A stretch of 64,000 nt of DNA from Pontiella sp. GTDB lineage: Bacteria; Verrucomicrobiota; Kiritimatiellia; Kiritimatiellales; Pontiellaceae. The notes below the pieces were generated by a model. It was not told where the DNA came from and searched no databases. It was given only the letters and a program-made list of their open reading frames with translations. This document shows positions 22,927-33,328 of this stretch, piece by piece (positions within the stretch are counted from its first letter, which is position 1; each line of letters opens with the position of its first letter). The translations under genes and the position numbers were made by a program. The stretch spans positions 32,001 to 96,000 of the forward strand of contig JBNKHE010000005.1 of NCBI GenBank assembly GCA_050290185.1, read 5' to 3'.

Positions 22927-24171
22927 TTAAACATGCAAAGTATCAGTCAGTTTAAGAATGGGTAGTAGCAGGCAAACGGCAATGCCGCCGACGAATACAG
23001 CCACGAGCAAGATCAGTAAAGGTTCCAGCACCGTGGTGCAGGTTTTGACCAGACGGTCCAATTCGGAATCATACCGGCGTGTAATATGTTTCAGGGCGCT
23101 GGCCATGTCGCCGGTTTCTTCGCCCACCGCTATCATATCGATGAGCAGGCGCGGGAATATTTTCCCTTGAGCAAGCGGTTTCGAAATGCTCGCGCCATCG
23201 GTAACGCGGTCGCGCGCTTTTCCGACTTCATCGGAAATGACGACGTTTTGAATGGTTTTCTGAACAATGCCCATGGCCGGCAATACAGCAACACCATTCT
23301 GAAGCAACGTCCCAAAGGTTCTCGCAAAATGGGCGTAGGCGTTGGTCGAAATAATCGATCCCATGATCGGAATTTTTAGCTGAAACTTATGCCACATTAC
23401 CTTTCCGGGCCCCCCGCGGGTCCAGCGCTTTATGGCAATCGATCCGGCGATGATTAAGATGAGCACAATCAATCCATAGTGGATCAGGAAGTCGCTGCCG
23501 CTCATAAGCATCTGGGTGGGTCGGGGCAGGGTGGCCCCCATTTCCTCGAAGGTGGCGACGAATCGGGGAACGATGCCGATCATCAGGCCGATAACCGCCA
23601 AGCCACCGATGATTACCACGATTGCGGGATAGACCAGCGCACCGATCACCTTGCCGCGGGCTTCGTGGACGCGTTCATAATGGATGCAGACATTTTCCAG
23701 CGCATCGGGCAGGTGTCCGCTGGCCTCGCCGGCCCGCACGAGGTTTATGTAGAGCGACGAGAAGGTTTCCGGATAGAGTTCCAGCGCGTCGGACAGCGAG
23801 GTGCCTTGTACAATCTCATCGCGCAGGGTGGCGGTAATCTGTCCAACGGCGCTGGTGTCCTTGCGCGCCGAAAGGGTATGCAATGCGCGGCCGATGGTCA
23901 TCCCGGAGGCCACGAGGTCGGAAAGCTCGCGCGAAAACAACAACAGGTCCTGCAGTTTCATGCGCGGTTTACGATGGAAGCCCAGCTCGAATTTGAAGCG
24001 TTTTTTTTCGCCGGAATCCTGCGACACGGTCTTGGTGGTTTCAGTGATGGAGATGGGAATGTGTCCCATGGACTCGATATGCCGCGCCGCGGTGGCGCGG
24101 TCGCCCGCTTCAACGACCCCTTCGATCCGTTCGCCCTGTTTTGTCCGTCCTATGTATTTAAAATGAGCCAT
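22927..24171 (-). CDS. gspF: Type II secretion system F / PilC family inner membrane protein
   Basis: Two T2SSF repeats (AGEASG, VGEETG), ALVYP, LEP. Confidence 0.9.
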   Translation of the reverse strand: MAHFKYIGRTKQGERIEGVVEAGDRATAARHIESMGHIPISITETTKTVSQDSGEKKRFKFELGFHRKPRMKLQDLLLFSRELSDLVASGMTIGRALHTLSARKDTSAVGQITATLRDEIVQGTSLSDALELYPETFSSLYINLVRAGEASGHLPDALENVCIHYERVHEARGKVIGALVYPAIVVIIGGLAVIGLMIGIVPRFVATFEEMGATLPRPTQMLMSGSDFLIHYGLIVLILIIAGSIAIKRWTRGGPGKVMWHKFQLKIPIMGSIISTNAYAHFARTFGTLLQNGVAVLPAMGIVQKTIQNVVISDEVGKARDRVTDGASISKPLAQGKIFPRLLIDMIAVGEETGDMASALKHITRRYDSELDRLVKTCTTVLEPLLILLVAVFVGGIAVCLLLPILKLTDTLHV

Positions 24172-24271
24172 ACCAACCTGTGATAAACGTAACCAGTCCC
24201 TAAATATTTCCCATGTTCCGCAAGAATATATGGATTGTCCGAAGATTGGAAGAATGGATTAACGAATCTCA

Positions 24272-25159
24272 TCATCCCCTGGGATGGAACTGTTGATGAA
24301 CCGACTTAAGACGGTTGGGATCAACGTGGGTGTAGATCTGGGTGGTGGCGATGTCGGCGTGGCCGAGCATTTCCTGGATAACCCGCAGCGGGGCGCCGTT
24401 TTGCAACAGGTGGCTGGCGAAGGAGTGGCGCAGGGTGTGTGGCGTTACGTTTTTCATGATGCCCGCCTCCTTTGTGTATTTCTTGATGATCTGCCACAGG
24501 CGTTGGCGGCAGAGCGAGGTTTCGCGATTGGAGACGAATACATTCTGTAACTTGGGATTTTCGCACAGCATGGGACGAATCTCGTCGAGATAGCATTCCA
24601 GAATATTGGATGAATCCCGGGCAACCGGTATGACGCGCTCTTTCCGGCCTTTTCCGATCACCCGGATATAACCATCGTCGATATGCAGATCGGAGAGTTT
24701 CAGGTTGGCCAGTTCCGAAACCCGCAGCCCGGAGGCATAGAAGATTTCAAGGATGGCGCGGTCGCGCACTCCCAGCGGCTTGCGCATGTCGGGGGCCCGA
24801 AGCAGTCGTTCAACCTCACTTTCGGAGAGGGTGTCCGGCAGGATTTTCCACAGCTTCGGGGAATCCATCGTGTCGGTGACGTTCCGGTCGAGCAGTCCTT
24901 CCTGCTGAAGGAAGCGGAAGAATACCTTGATGGAAACCAAATGGCGCGAAATCGAGTTGGTCGACATTCCCCGGGCCTTCATAGCCATGAGGTGGTCCAG
25001 GATCTGTTTGCGACTGACCTGATTCAGCGAGGTTACACCCTTCTGGTCGAGCCAGCCGAGAAATTGCCCCAGATCATCCGCATACGCCTTGCGCGTGTTG
25101 ATGCTCAACCCGCGTTCCAGCGAAATATGATCCAGAAAGCTCTCTAAGAATGCATTCAT
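24272..25159 (-). CDS. xerD: Site-specific tyrosine recombinase XerD
   Basis: ERGLSINT, GLRVSEL, TPHTLRHSFASHLL, LGHADIATTQIY, HPR. Confidence 0.92.
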   Translation of the reverse strand: MNAFLESFLDHISLERGLSINTRKAYADDLGQFLGWLDQKGVTSLNQVSRKQILDHLMAMKARGMSTNSISRHLVSIKVFFRFLQQEGLLDRNVTDTMDSPKLWKILPDTLSESEVERLLRAPDMRKPLGVRDRAILEIFYASGLRVSELANLKLSDLHIDDGYIRVIGKGRKERVIPVARDSSNILECYLDEIRPMLCENPKLQNVFVSNRETSLCRQRLWQIIKKYTKEAGIMKNVTPHTLRHSFASHLLQNGAPLRVIQEMLGHADIATTQIYTHVDPNRLKSVHQQFHPRG

Positions 25160-25164
25160 AAGGT

Positions 25165-25226
25165 GGTTATCAGTTTACGGTTATTGGTCGTCAGGGAGAA
25201 GGCCTAACAACCAACAACTGACAACC
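25165..25226. repeat. Degenerate heptamer tandem repeats forming an imperfect inverted pair
   Basis: GGTTATC AGTTTAC GGTTATT GGTCGTC ... AACAACC AACAACT GACAACC. Confidence 0.6.
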
Positions 25227-25234
25227 TGGCTGCG

Positions 25235-26125
25235 CTAGCAGCTCAAATTCTCGCCGGTAAGCAGTCGATAGGCTTCGAGATATTTATCGCGGGTTTTCAT
25301 GACGATTTCCTCGGGCAGCTCGGGGGCGGGAGGGGTCTTGTCCCAATCGAGCGTTTCGAGGTAGTCACGGACATACTGCTTGTCGAACGAGAAGGGCGAG
25401 GAGCCCGGCTGGTAGGTATCGGCCGGCCAGAAGCGCGAGCTGTCGGGGGTCAACACTTCGTCGATCAGGATTAATTCGTCACCGACCATGCCGAATTCAA
25501 ATTTGGTGTCTGCCATAATAATGCCCTTGGTCAGCGCATAGTTGGCCGCGGTTTTGTAGAGATTCAGGCTGACATCAATCAGTTTCTGTCCCAGTTCCTC
25601 GCCAACGATTTCCTTCATCTGGTCGATGGAAATGTTTTCGTCGTGGCCCTCGTCGGCTTTGGTGGAGGGGGTGAAGATGGGCTCGTCAAGCTTGCCTGCC
25701 ATTTCGTAGCCCGCACGCAGGGGCATACCGCCGATGGTGCCGGACTTTTGGTATTCCTTCCATCCGGAGCCGATCAGATAGCCGCGCACGATGCATTCGA
25801 CCGGCAGTAGTTCCGCTTTTTTCACCAGCATGGAACGGCCTTTCAGCAGTTCGGCGTGTTCCTGAAGTTCCGCAGGAAAGTCGTTCACATCAGTGGAGAT
25901 CATATGGTTCTTTACGATGTCACCGGTGCGGTCGAACCAGAACTTCGAAATCATATTGAGCACCTGCCCCTTGTTGGGAATGCCGTTGGGCATGACACAG
26001 TCGAAGGCCGATATGCGGTCGGACGCAACAAAAAGGTATTGGTCGCCAAGGTCGTACACCTCGCGCACCTTGCCGGATTTAAACTTTTCAATGCCCGGAA
26101 GCTCGATTTTCGTGGCAGCGTTCAT
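25235..26125 (-). CDS. purC: SAICAR synthase
   Basis: GKVREVY, SDRISAFD, DTKFEFG, DEVLTPDSSRFW. Confidence 0.97.
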   Translation of the reverse strand: MNAATKIELPGIEKFKSGKVREVYDLGDQYLFVASDRISAFDCVMPNGIPNKGQVLNMISKFWFDRTGDIVKNHMISTDVNDFPAELQEHAELLKGRSMLVKKAELLPVECIVRGYLIGSGWKEYQKSGTIGGMPLRAGYEMAGKLDEPIFTPSTKADEGHDENISIDQMKEIVGEELGQKLIDVSLNLYKTAANYALTKGIIMADTKFEFGMVGDELILIDEVLTPDSSRFWPADTYQPGSSPFSFDKQYVRDYLETLDWDKTPPAPELPEEIVMKTRDKYLEAYRLLTGENLSC

Positions 26126-26161
26126 TTCATCTCCTGAGTGTTAAGTTCCTGAATGCGGCGG

Positions 26162-26190
26162 AGTGTACGAATCAGATGCGCCGTACGCAA
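26162..26190 (-). promoter_or_regulatory. Sigma70-like promoter for purC
   Basis: - strand TTGCGT-17 nt-TACACT. Confidence 0.55.
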
Positions 26191-26446
26191 CCCCAAACGA
26201 ATATACGCGGCCTTTTCACAGGAAAGAGCCGCATCCTGCAACGCACAACGCAGTTCAACGCGCAGAGTGAAATCGCGAACTTTGCAGGATTTGACTCTCC
26301 AGAGGGAGGGCGTGCAGGTGCAAAGTCTTACGGTTTTAGGACGCGGTTCCCGAAGGAACCGCGTGGTGCGGGACACGCGCCCTTCCGCCAGGAGGATACA
26401 TGAGTCTGAGTTCTCTGGAATTGCTCGGACTTCGCTGGGTTAGAAC

Positions 26447-26473
26447 AAAAAACGCCCCGGAATTTCCGGGGCG
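26447..26473 (-). terminator. Intrinsic terminator after tkt
   Basis: CGCCCCGGAA/TTCCGGGGCG hairpin then TTTTTT on - strand. Confidence 0.85.
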
Positions 26474-26489
26474 CATCTCTTGCGGATCC

Positions 26490-26523
26490 ATCATCCAGCT
26501 TCACGGCCGTGAAGCTGGATGAT
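26490..26523. repeat. Perfect 34-bp palindrome
   Basis: ATCATCCAGCTTCACGG|CCGTGAAGCTGGATGAT. Confidence 0.9.
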
Positions 26524-26537
26524 AGATTTCGCGGGGG

Positions 26538-28520
26538 TTATCCAAGCAGTTCCTTGGCTTTCGCGTAGATGTTTTCGGAGGTGAAGCCGAATTTTTCCTG
26601 CAGAACCTTGAACGGTCCGGAGGCGCCGAAGTCGTCCTTGCTCACTTTTACGCCGCAGCGGCCGACGTAGCGATCCCAGCCGAAGCTGGTGCCGGCTTCC
26701 ACGGACATGCGTTTTTTGCAGGCATCGGGAATGACCGATTCCTGATAGGCTTCGTCCTGTTTTTCGAACAGTTCCCATGAGGGCATGCTAACGACACGGA
26801 CTTTCTTTCCTTCTTCGCCGAGCTTCTGGGCGGCGGCCAGCGTCATTTCGACTTCCGAACCGGTAGCGAGCATCAGCAGTTCCGGTTCGCCTTCGCCACT
26901 CTGCCAGAGGGTGTAGGCCCCCTTCTTGACGTTTTCGGCGGAAGGATAAACCGTGCGGTCGAGGGTCGACAGGTTCTGGCGGGTAAGGGCCAGAGCGGTC
27001 GGACCGGACTTGTTTTCCAGTGCGGCGACCCAAGCGGCGGCGACTTCCGTGGCGTCAGCCGGGCGGATCACCGTCATGTTGTGGATCATGCGCAGGCTGG
27101 CAATCGTTTCGATCGGCTGATGGGTCGGGCCGTCTTCGCCGACGCAGAAGCTGTCGTGCGTAAAGACATAAATGACCGGCACACCCATAATGGCTGCCAG
27201 ACGAGCGGCGGGGCGGACATAATCGGCGAAGACCAGGAAGGTTCCGCCAAAGATGCGGAATCCACCGTGCAGTTGAATGCCGTTCATGATGGCGGCCATG
27301 CCCAGTTCGCGCACGCCGAAATGGAAGTTACGTCCTTCAAAGGCATCCTTGCCGATGTCGCCGAGTCCGGCCATGTAGGTGTTGTTGGACGGGGCGAGGT
27401 CGGCAGAGCCGCCGACAAGGTAGGGGATTTCCTTGGCCAGCGCATTGATTACCTTGCCGGAGGAGGAACGGGTAGCCATCGAAGAGCCGGCTTCGAAGAG
27501 GTCCAGCTTCCCTTCGAGGTTCGGTAGATCACCATTGATCGAAGCGGTCCATTCCTTTGCCAGATCGGTGTTGGCGGCGCACCATGCATCGAATGTAGAG
27601 TTCCACCCGGCTTCAACCTGTTTCATTTCCTCAAGGCGAGTTGCGAAAACATCGCGTACTTCCTGCGGAACGAAGAACTTTTCTTCGGGCATGCCGAGAT
27701 TCTTCTTCGTCAGTGCGACTTCCTCTTCTCCCAGCGGAGCGCCGTGTACTTCGTGTCCGCCTTCCTTGTTCGGGGAGCCGAAGCCGATCTTGGTGTTGCA
27801 GATGATCACGGACGGCTTTTCGGTTTCTGCCTGGGCGGCTTCGATGGCGGCGCCGATTTCGGCATGGTTGTGACCGTCGACTTCCTGCACCTGCCAGCCG
27901 TAGGCTTCCATGCGCATGCGGACATCGTCGCTGTAGGTAATGTGGGTGTCGCCTTCGATGGAGATAAAGTTCTGGTCGTAGAACAGGATCAGTTTGCCGA
28001 GGCCGTGGTTGCCGGCCAGCGAGAAGACTTCGTGAGAGACGCCTTCTTCAAACTCGCCTTCGGAGGCGATTACGTAGGTGTAGTGGTCCACAATCTTCTG
28101 GGCTTCGGTGTTGAAGCGGGCGGACAGCATGCGCTCGGCGATGGTCATGCCGACGGCGTTGGAGCATCCCTGTCCCAGCGGTCCGGTGGTGGTTTCGACG
28201 CCATCGGTGTGACCGTATTCCGGATGGCCTGCGGTCTTGGAGCCCCATTGGCGGAATTGCTTAAGTTCGTCCAGCGGCAGGTCGTAGCCGGCGAGGTGCA
28301 ACAGGCTGTAGATGAGCATTGAGCCATGGCCGGCCGAAAGGACGAAGCGGTCGCGGTCGGGCCAATTTGGGTTTTCAGGGTTGTGCTTGAGGTATTTCGT
28401 CCACAGTACGGCAGCTACATCAGCCATGCCCATCGGCATGCCTGGATGACCTGAGTTTGCGGCCTGGACACCGTCCATGGCCAATCCACGAATCGTATTT
28501 GCAACGAGGTTAAGATCCAT
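26538..28520 (-). CDS. tkt: Transketolase
   Basis: [36 protein letters not shown]; start MDLNLV at 28520. Confidence 0.98.
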   Translation of the reverse strand: MDLNLVANTIRGLAMDGVQAANSGHPGMPMGMADVAAVLWTKYLKHNPENPNWPDRDRFVLSAGHGSMLIYSLLHLAGYDLPLDELKQFRQWGSKTAGHPEYGHTDGVETTTGPLGQGCSNAVGMTIAERMLSARFNTEAQKIVDHYTYVIASEGEFEEGVSHEVFSLAGNHGLGKLILFYDQNFISIEGDTHITYSDDVRMRMEAYGWQVQEVDGHNHAEIGAAIEAAQAETEKPSVIICNTKIGFGSPNKEGGHEVHGAPLGEEEVALTKKNLGMPEEKFFVPQEVRDVFATRLEEMKQVEAGWNSTFDAWCAANTDLAKEWTASINGDLPNLEGKLDLFEAGSSMATRSSSGKVINALAKEIPYLVGGSADLAPSNNTYMAGLGDIGKDAFEGRNFHFGVRELGMAAIMNGIQLHGGFRIFGGTFLVFADYVRPAARLAAIMGVPVIYVFTHDSFCVGEDGPTHQPIETIASLRMIHNMTVIRPADATEVAAAWVAALENKSGPTALALTRQNLSTLDRTVYPSAENVKKGAYTLWQSGEGEPELLMLATGSEVEMTLAAAQKLGEEGKKVRVVSMPSWELFEKQDEAYQESVIPDACKKRMSVEAGTSFGWDRYVGRCGVKVSKDDFGASGPFKVLQEKFGFTSENIYAKAKELLG

Positions 28521-28692
28521 AATGATTTCTCCGTTTATTGACGTTGAGGTTCGTAAAATGAACGGCCTAAGATAGTTTGCATCTTTGGTATTACAAGCCA
28601 TTTTCGTTTTAGAATGGCTCAATTCCGGTAATCGGTGTTTGGCCAATGCAGATTCTTTCCCTATACTGTGTTAATTGTTTTTTGGAGTTCTT

Positions 28693-29535
28693 GTGATCGA
28701 TCTGCATACACATTCAGTATTTTCCGACGGCACCAATACCCCGGCCGAATTGATCGGCATGGCGACCGAGCGGGGGCTTTCGGCGATGGCCTTGACCGAC
28801 CACGACACCGTGGGGGGAATCGAGCCATTGTTCGAAGCTGCAAAGGAGTCATCGGTAGAGGCCGTACCCGGAATCGAGTTAAGCGCCGAATGCGCGCGCG
28901 GAACCATGCATATTTTAGGGTATTTCATCGATCATACCTGCGACGCGCTACTTGAAAAGATCTCGAAGGTCCGGGAGGGGCGCGAAGAGCGAAATCAGGA
29001 AATCCTCAAGAAGCTCAATAAGCTGGGCTACATCCTGATGTGGAGCGATGTCGAGAAACAGGCCGGATGCGATGTCGTTGGACGCCCGCATTTTGCAGAA
29101 GCCTTGCTGGAACGGGGCCATGTAAAATCGAAAAAGGCAGCCTTTGACCTGCTTCTGGGAAAGGGGCGCCCGGCCTACGTGGAGCGCTATCGTTATACGG
29201 CTGCGGAATGTATTGACCTGATTCATGCCGCCGGGGGCGTATCGGTGCTGGCGCATCCGGCGACGATCTATCTTCCCGACGATCAACTTCGAGGCTTGAT
29301 CAAGGGGCTAAAGGAACGCGGTCTTGGCGGTATTGAAGCCTACTATGCCGAACACAAACCAGAGAATATAGAGAAGTTCTGCCATTGGGCAGCGGAGTTT
29401 GGCCTGATCTGTACCGGCGGTACCGATTATCACGGAGCCAATACGCCGGATATCAGGTTGGGTACAGGATTTGGTCAGCTGAGGGTTCCTGACGAAGCTC
29501 TCGATCAACTCAAGGCGGCCAGTCCCCGTTGTTGA
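28693..29535 (+). CDS. PHP domain phosphoesterase (TrpH/YciV-like)
   Basis: IDLHTHS..SDG, LTDHDT, LAHP, GGTDYHG; GTG start. Confidence 0.92.
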   Translation: MIDLHTHSVFSDGTNTPAELIGMATERGLSAMALTDHDTVGGIEPLFEAAKESSVEAVPGIELSAECARGTMHILGYFIDHTCDALLEKISKVREGREERNQEILKKLNKLGYILMWSDVEKQAGCDVVGRPHFAEALLERGHVKSKKAAFDLLLGKGRPAYVERYRYTAAECIDLIHAAGGVSVLAHPATIYLPDDQLRGLIKGLKERGLGGIEAYYAEHKPENIEKFCHWAAEFGLICTGGTDYHGANTPDIRLGTGFGQLRVPDEALDQLKAASPRC

Positions 29536-29549
29536 AAAGCGGGATGTTT

Positions 29550-30440
29550 CTATAGAAGTTTGGTGAGCTGATCCAGCGACGTGATCACAGCGTCCGGTTT
29601 AAGGTCGACACAGCGCTCATCATTTTGACGCAGGCGCAGGGAGCGTTGGTCGCCGGCAAAAAGCACGGTTTTGCAACCGGCCTGGCTAGCCGAATAAATA
29701 TCGTTGAGCATGTCGTTTCCGACGTAGACCGTTTCTTCCAGCCTGACCCCATGGTTTCTTTTCAGGTATTTCTCCGCCATAGGGAATAGCGCGGCCGACG
29801 GCTTGGCCTTGAGTTCCTTGTAAGACCAGATGCAGCAGGCCGGATCAAAACCGATTTCCTCAAGCGTCCGTTCAAAAAAGGCGGAAAACAGCAGGGGGGT
29901 GTAGAACTGGGCGTTGGAGACGATGCCTAAGGTAAGGCCCTTTTCCTTCAGGTCACGCAGTGTTTCCAAACAACCGGGCATAGGCCAGACCGGGTTAACG
30001 CGGCATTCGTATTCCAGCGCAAGCTGGCGGATCGGTTCCAGGTCGATCGATGCGGGTTCAAGAATGCTTTTCTTTCGTAGTTTGCCGATCACCTTTTTCC
30101 AGATCTTGGTAATAGCCACCTCCGGAAAATCGACCCCGGCGGCGCGGCTTGCGGCATGCCATTCCAGTATTTCGGTTTTCAGGATGTCCTTGCCGATCTC
30201 TCCTGCTTTTTTCAGGTTTCCTTTATAGTGCGCGGCCTCGAGCGCCTGGATCAGCGCTTCTGCTGTATCTGTTTCCGCAGCCGTTCCGACATCCCCGGAG
30301 CCGGAAACAAACAAGGTTCCATATACGTCGAACAGTACGGCTTTGACGTCGGAAAACTTTTCGAGCCGTTCTTTCGTTGCGGTAGGCAACGGCGCCAAAG
30401 GCGGACAGAGTTGGCGGACGATTTCTTCGAGTGGTTTCAT
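29550..30440 (-). CDS. HAD family hydrolase
   Basis: FDVYGTL, IVSN, KP, VGNDMLND. Confidence 0.88.
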   Translation of the reverse strand: MKPLEEIVRQLCPPLAPLPTATKERLEKFSDVKAVLFDVYGTLFVSGSGDVGTAAETDTAEALIQALEAAHYKGNLKKAGEIGKDILKTEILEWHAASRAAGVDFPEVAITKIWKKVIGKLRKKSILEPASIDLEPIRQLALEYECRVNPVWPMPGCLETLRDLKEKGLTLGIVSNAQFYTPLLFSAFFERTLEEIGFDPACCIWSYKELKAKPSAALFPMAEKYLKRNHGVRLEETVYVGNDMLNDIYSASQAGCKTVLFAGDQRSLRLRQNDERCVDLKPDAVITSLDQLTKLL

Positions 30441-30496
30441 GAATGATATTCTTTGGGAGTCATGTATTGCTTCCGGGCCTGAATGAGACGTATCGC

Positions 30497-31792
30497 TTAA
30501 TGCGCCTTGCCGTTGGAGAAATAGGAATGGGTTCCCTTGGCTTCCATGGTTTCGCCGATGCGCTTGACGGCGTGGACATAGGCCGCGGTGCGCAGATCGG
30601 TTTCGATTTCACGGGCAAGCTCGTAAATGGTTTCAAACTCGCGTGCCATGATGGCTTGCAGTCTTTGGTGGACTTCCTGCAGTTCCCAATAGAGACCGGA
30701 ACGGTTTTGGAGCCATTCGAAATAGCTCACGGTTACGCCGCCGGCGTTGGCCAGAATGTCGGGCATCACTTCAATCCCCTTTTTAAAAAGGATCTCATCG
30801 GCATCCGAGGTGACGGGGCCGTTGGCGACTTCAACGATGCGGGGGGCTTTGATGCGTGGCGCATTCTCGGCGGTTATCTGGTTTTCAAGGGCGGCGGGAA
30901 TGAGAATGTCGACATCAAGTTCGAGCAGTTCGTCGTTGGTCAGGTTGGTGGCATCGATGTGGTGACAGAGCGCTCCGTCACAGTAGACCGCCTGTACATG
31001 GCGGGTTTCCTCCTTGATACGGATGAGGCTGGGGATATCGAATCCCTCCGGACGGTATATTGCGCCCTGCGAGTCGCTCACGGCAACAATTCGGTATCCG
31101 TCCTTATGGAGCAGGCGGGCGATGCTTTGTCCTGCATTGCCAAAGCCCTGGATGGCGACTCGGGTGTTCGCGGGGGCGAGACCCTGTTTTTTTGCCAGTT
31201 CGCGGATGCAGTAGAAAGCGCCGCGTCCGGTGGCATCGGCGCGACCTACGCTTCCACCCATGCTGACGGGTTTCCCGGTAATCACGGAGGGGCAGTGTAT
31301 GCGGCGGATCGTGGAAAATTCATCCATCATCCAACCCATGATGCGCTCATTGGTGTACATGTCGGGCGCGGGAATGTCGACATCGGGACCGATGAAGTCG
31401 GCGATGAGCCGGATAAAGCCCCGGCTGAGGCGTTCCAGTTCCATCGGGCTGAGCGACTTGGCATCAACCGATATACCACCTTTCGCTCCGCCAAACGGAA
31501 TGCCCACGACGGCGCATTTGAAGGTCATCCAGAAGGCCAGGGATTGAACTTCGTCTCGATTGACGGAGGGGTGGTAGCGCAGTCCTCCTTTTGTGGGTCC
31601 GCGGGTATCGTCGTGCCGGACTCGGTAGCCGGTGAAAAAATCGAGAGTGCCGTTGTCGCGCCGCACGGGTATGGAAACTTCGAGACAGGATTTCGGGGTG
31701 CCGATGCGCAGGGCGACTTCGTCGCTGAGGTCGGTGTGTTTCAATGCGCTTTCAAGGCGTCGCATCGCATCTTCGAACAGACTTGTTTTCAT
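30497..31792 (-). CDS. gdhA: Glu/Leu/Phe/Val dehydrogenase (glutamate dehydrogenase)
   Basis: GPTKGGLRY, GGAKGG, DIPAPD, QGFGNAG, NAGGVTVSYFEW. Confidence 0.93.
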   Translation of the reverse strand: MKTSLFEDAMRRLESALKHTDLSDEVALRIGTPKSCLEVSIPVRRDNGTLDFFTGYRVRHDDTRGPTKGGLRYHPSVNRDEVQSLAFWMTFKCAVVGIPFGGAKGGISVDAKSLSPMELERLSRGFIRLIADFIGPDVDIPAPDMYTNERIMGWMMDEFSTIRRIHCPSVITGKPVSMGGSVGRADATGRGAFYCIRELAKKQGLAPANTRVAIQGFGNAGQSIARLLHKDGYRIVAVSDSQGAIYRPEGFDIPSLIRIKEETRHVQAVYCDGALCHHIDATNLTNDELLELDVDILIPAALENQITAENAPRIKAPRIVEVANGPVTSDADEILFKKGIEVMPDILANAGGVTVSYFEWLQNRSGLYWELQEVHQRLQAIMAREFETIYELAREIETDLRTAAYVHAVKRIGETMEAKGTHSYFSNGKAH

Positions 31793-31920
31793 GGCATTCT
31801 CCTTATCGTAAGTAATTCTAGATCATGCAACTTGTTGCGTCAAATGGAATGGTTTTAGCATATGGCTTCATGTTTCGTTCAAACCCTTGTAAACTATGCG
31901 AGTTTGCGTAGAATGGAACT

Positions 31921-32319
31921 ATGTTGAAACAATATGGCGCGATTCCATTCGTGCACGAAGATGGCGAACTCAAGGTGGTGCTTGTTACGAGCGCCAGTGG
32001 TTATTGGATTTTTCCAAAGGGCTGGCACGAGGAGGATCTTGGCAAGCAGGGAACCGCCGAGCTGGAGGCCTACGAAGAGGCCGGCGTTAAGGGGAAGATC
32101 TTCAATAAGAACGTCTATCGCACCAAAGTCGTCATCAAAAGTGGCGAGCGGGTGCATTTAACACTCTACGCTTTGGAGGTGAAAAAACTGCTCAATGAGT
32201 GGCCCGAAGAAGATCGCCGGAAACGGAAGGTGGTTCCGGTTGCCGAAGCCATAAAGATCATCAGCTCCGATTCGTTGCGTTCGTGCCTTCAGCATTTTGA
32301 ACGGGACTTTCTTGCTTAG
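31921..32319 (+). CDS. NUDIX hydrolase
   Basis: WIFPKG...TAELEAYEEAGV Nudix box. Confidence 0.9.
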   Translation: MLKQYGAIPFVHEDGELKVVLVTSASGYWIFPKGWHEEDLGKQGTAELEAYEEAGVKGKIFNKNVYRTKVVIKSGERVHLTLYALEVKKLLNEWPEEDRRKRKVVPVAEAIKIISSDSLRSCLQHFERDFLA

Positions 32320-32413
32320 TCCTGTTTGATCAACGTTGGTTATCTGGAATTAATCCTGCTTGTTGGGAGGCCGTGTTCCCCGTATTATCCATCTATTGGA
32401 AAGAGAGGCTGGT

Positions 32414-33100
32414 TTGAGATTGTATTTCAAGTTTTTCACATTCGTTTGCCTTTGCGCCATGACCGCGAATTTCGCTGTGGCTGATCAACAGGTACTGAAG
32501 GCGTCTAAGGACCTGTTTGCCCGGAGCAATAGCCGAAACAGAAACAGCGGAGGCAGCGAAACCCTGCTGGTGGCTCATGCTTCCAATATCCGCTCGCTCA
32601 TTGCGTTCGACCTCTCCGGCGTTACCAACCAGATTGCCGAAGCCACGTTTCGTTTTCAGCAGCAAAACAACATGCGGGATGCGATTGATTTGACCGTCGC
32701 GCCGTTGGTCCAGACAGAACACAATAGTGCGTGGAGAGAAGGTTCGGGTGCCTTGGGAACTAAAGGTCAAAATGCCAGGCCCGGCGATGCATGCTATGGG
32801 TGGAGTGCTTTTCCCAATGTGCCGTGGGAAACCATGTCTGGTGATGCCGTGACGGCGCTGAGCGATTCACGGCTCTGGGGTGCTCCGGTTGCATCGCTGG
32901 ACAATCTCGAATGGAAAGAGAACAACTGGGTTGAAATCAAAATCAGCAACATATCGTTGCTTGAGAAAATCCGGGAGTCGGAGCATCAGACGGTTACCTT
33001 CGGATTGTGGGGGACATCGGGAAACGGCCTCTATGCCATCAGTTCGAAGGAGTCGGGGAATGCACCTGAACTGATTCTCACGCTTAAGGGTAAACGGTGA
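32414..33100 (+). CDS. Secreted DNRLRE/CBM96-like domain protein
   Basis: Signal peptide ending AVA; RSLIAFDLS...ATFRF and C-terminal SKE..PELIL pattern; start uncertain. Confidence 0.55.
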   Translation: MRLYFKFFTFVCLCAMTANFAVADQQVLKASKDLFARSNSRNRNSGGSETLLVAHASNIRSLIAFDLSGVTNQIAEATFRFQQQNNMRDAIDLTVAPLVQTEHNSAWREGSGALGTKGQNARPGDACYGWSAFPNVPWETMSGDAVTALSDSRLWGAPVASLDNLEWKENNWVEIKISNISLLEKIRESEHQTVTFGLWGTSGNGLYAISSKESGNAPELILTLKGKR

Positions 33101-33328
33101 ACAGGTTGGGAATACGTCACGCGGAGAATGGTTCTGTTGACGGAGCACGACTTGTGCCTGAAGGTCGTAAAATCTATTTCCAGAATTAATATTCTGGAGG
33201 TTTTCTCGATGAAGCGATCATGCACAACGATCCGTAAAAGAATTTCCACCGGATATATTGCGGCAAGGTCACTCGGGGTTTGCGTGCCGCATAGAGGCCT
33301 GCGAGCTCAATTGGAGAGGGGACCTAGC

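Noticed and set aside
24272..25159. Tyrosine recombinase as an integrase of a mobile island
   Set aside because: The sequence is typical housekeeping XerD; no att repeats or cargo genes are seen.
26126..26445. ZTP or purine riboswitch upstream of purC
   Set aside because: Consensus elements not found, and the predicted promoter lies downstream of the structured block.
30443..31858. 471-aa ORF antisense to gdhA
   Set aside because: Mirror-frame shadow of a conserved gene; no motifs or RBS. Such antisense ORFs are common at this GC and codon bias.
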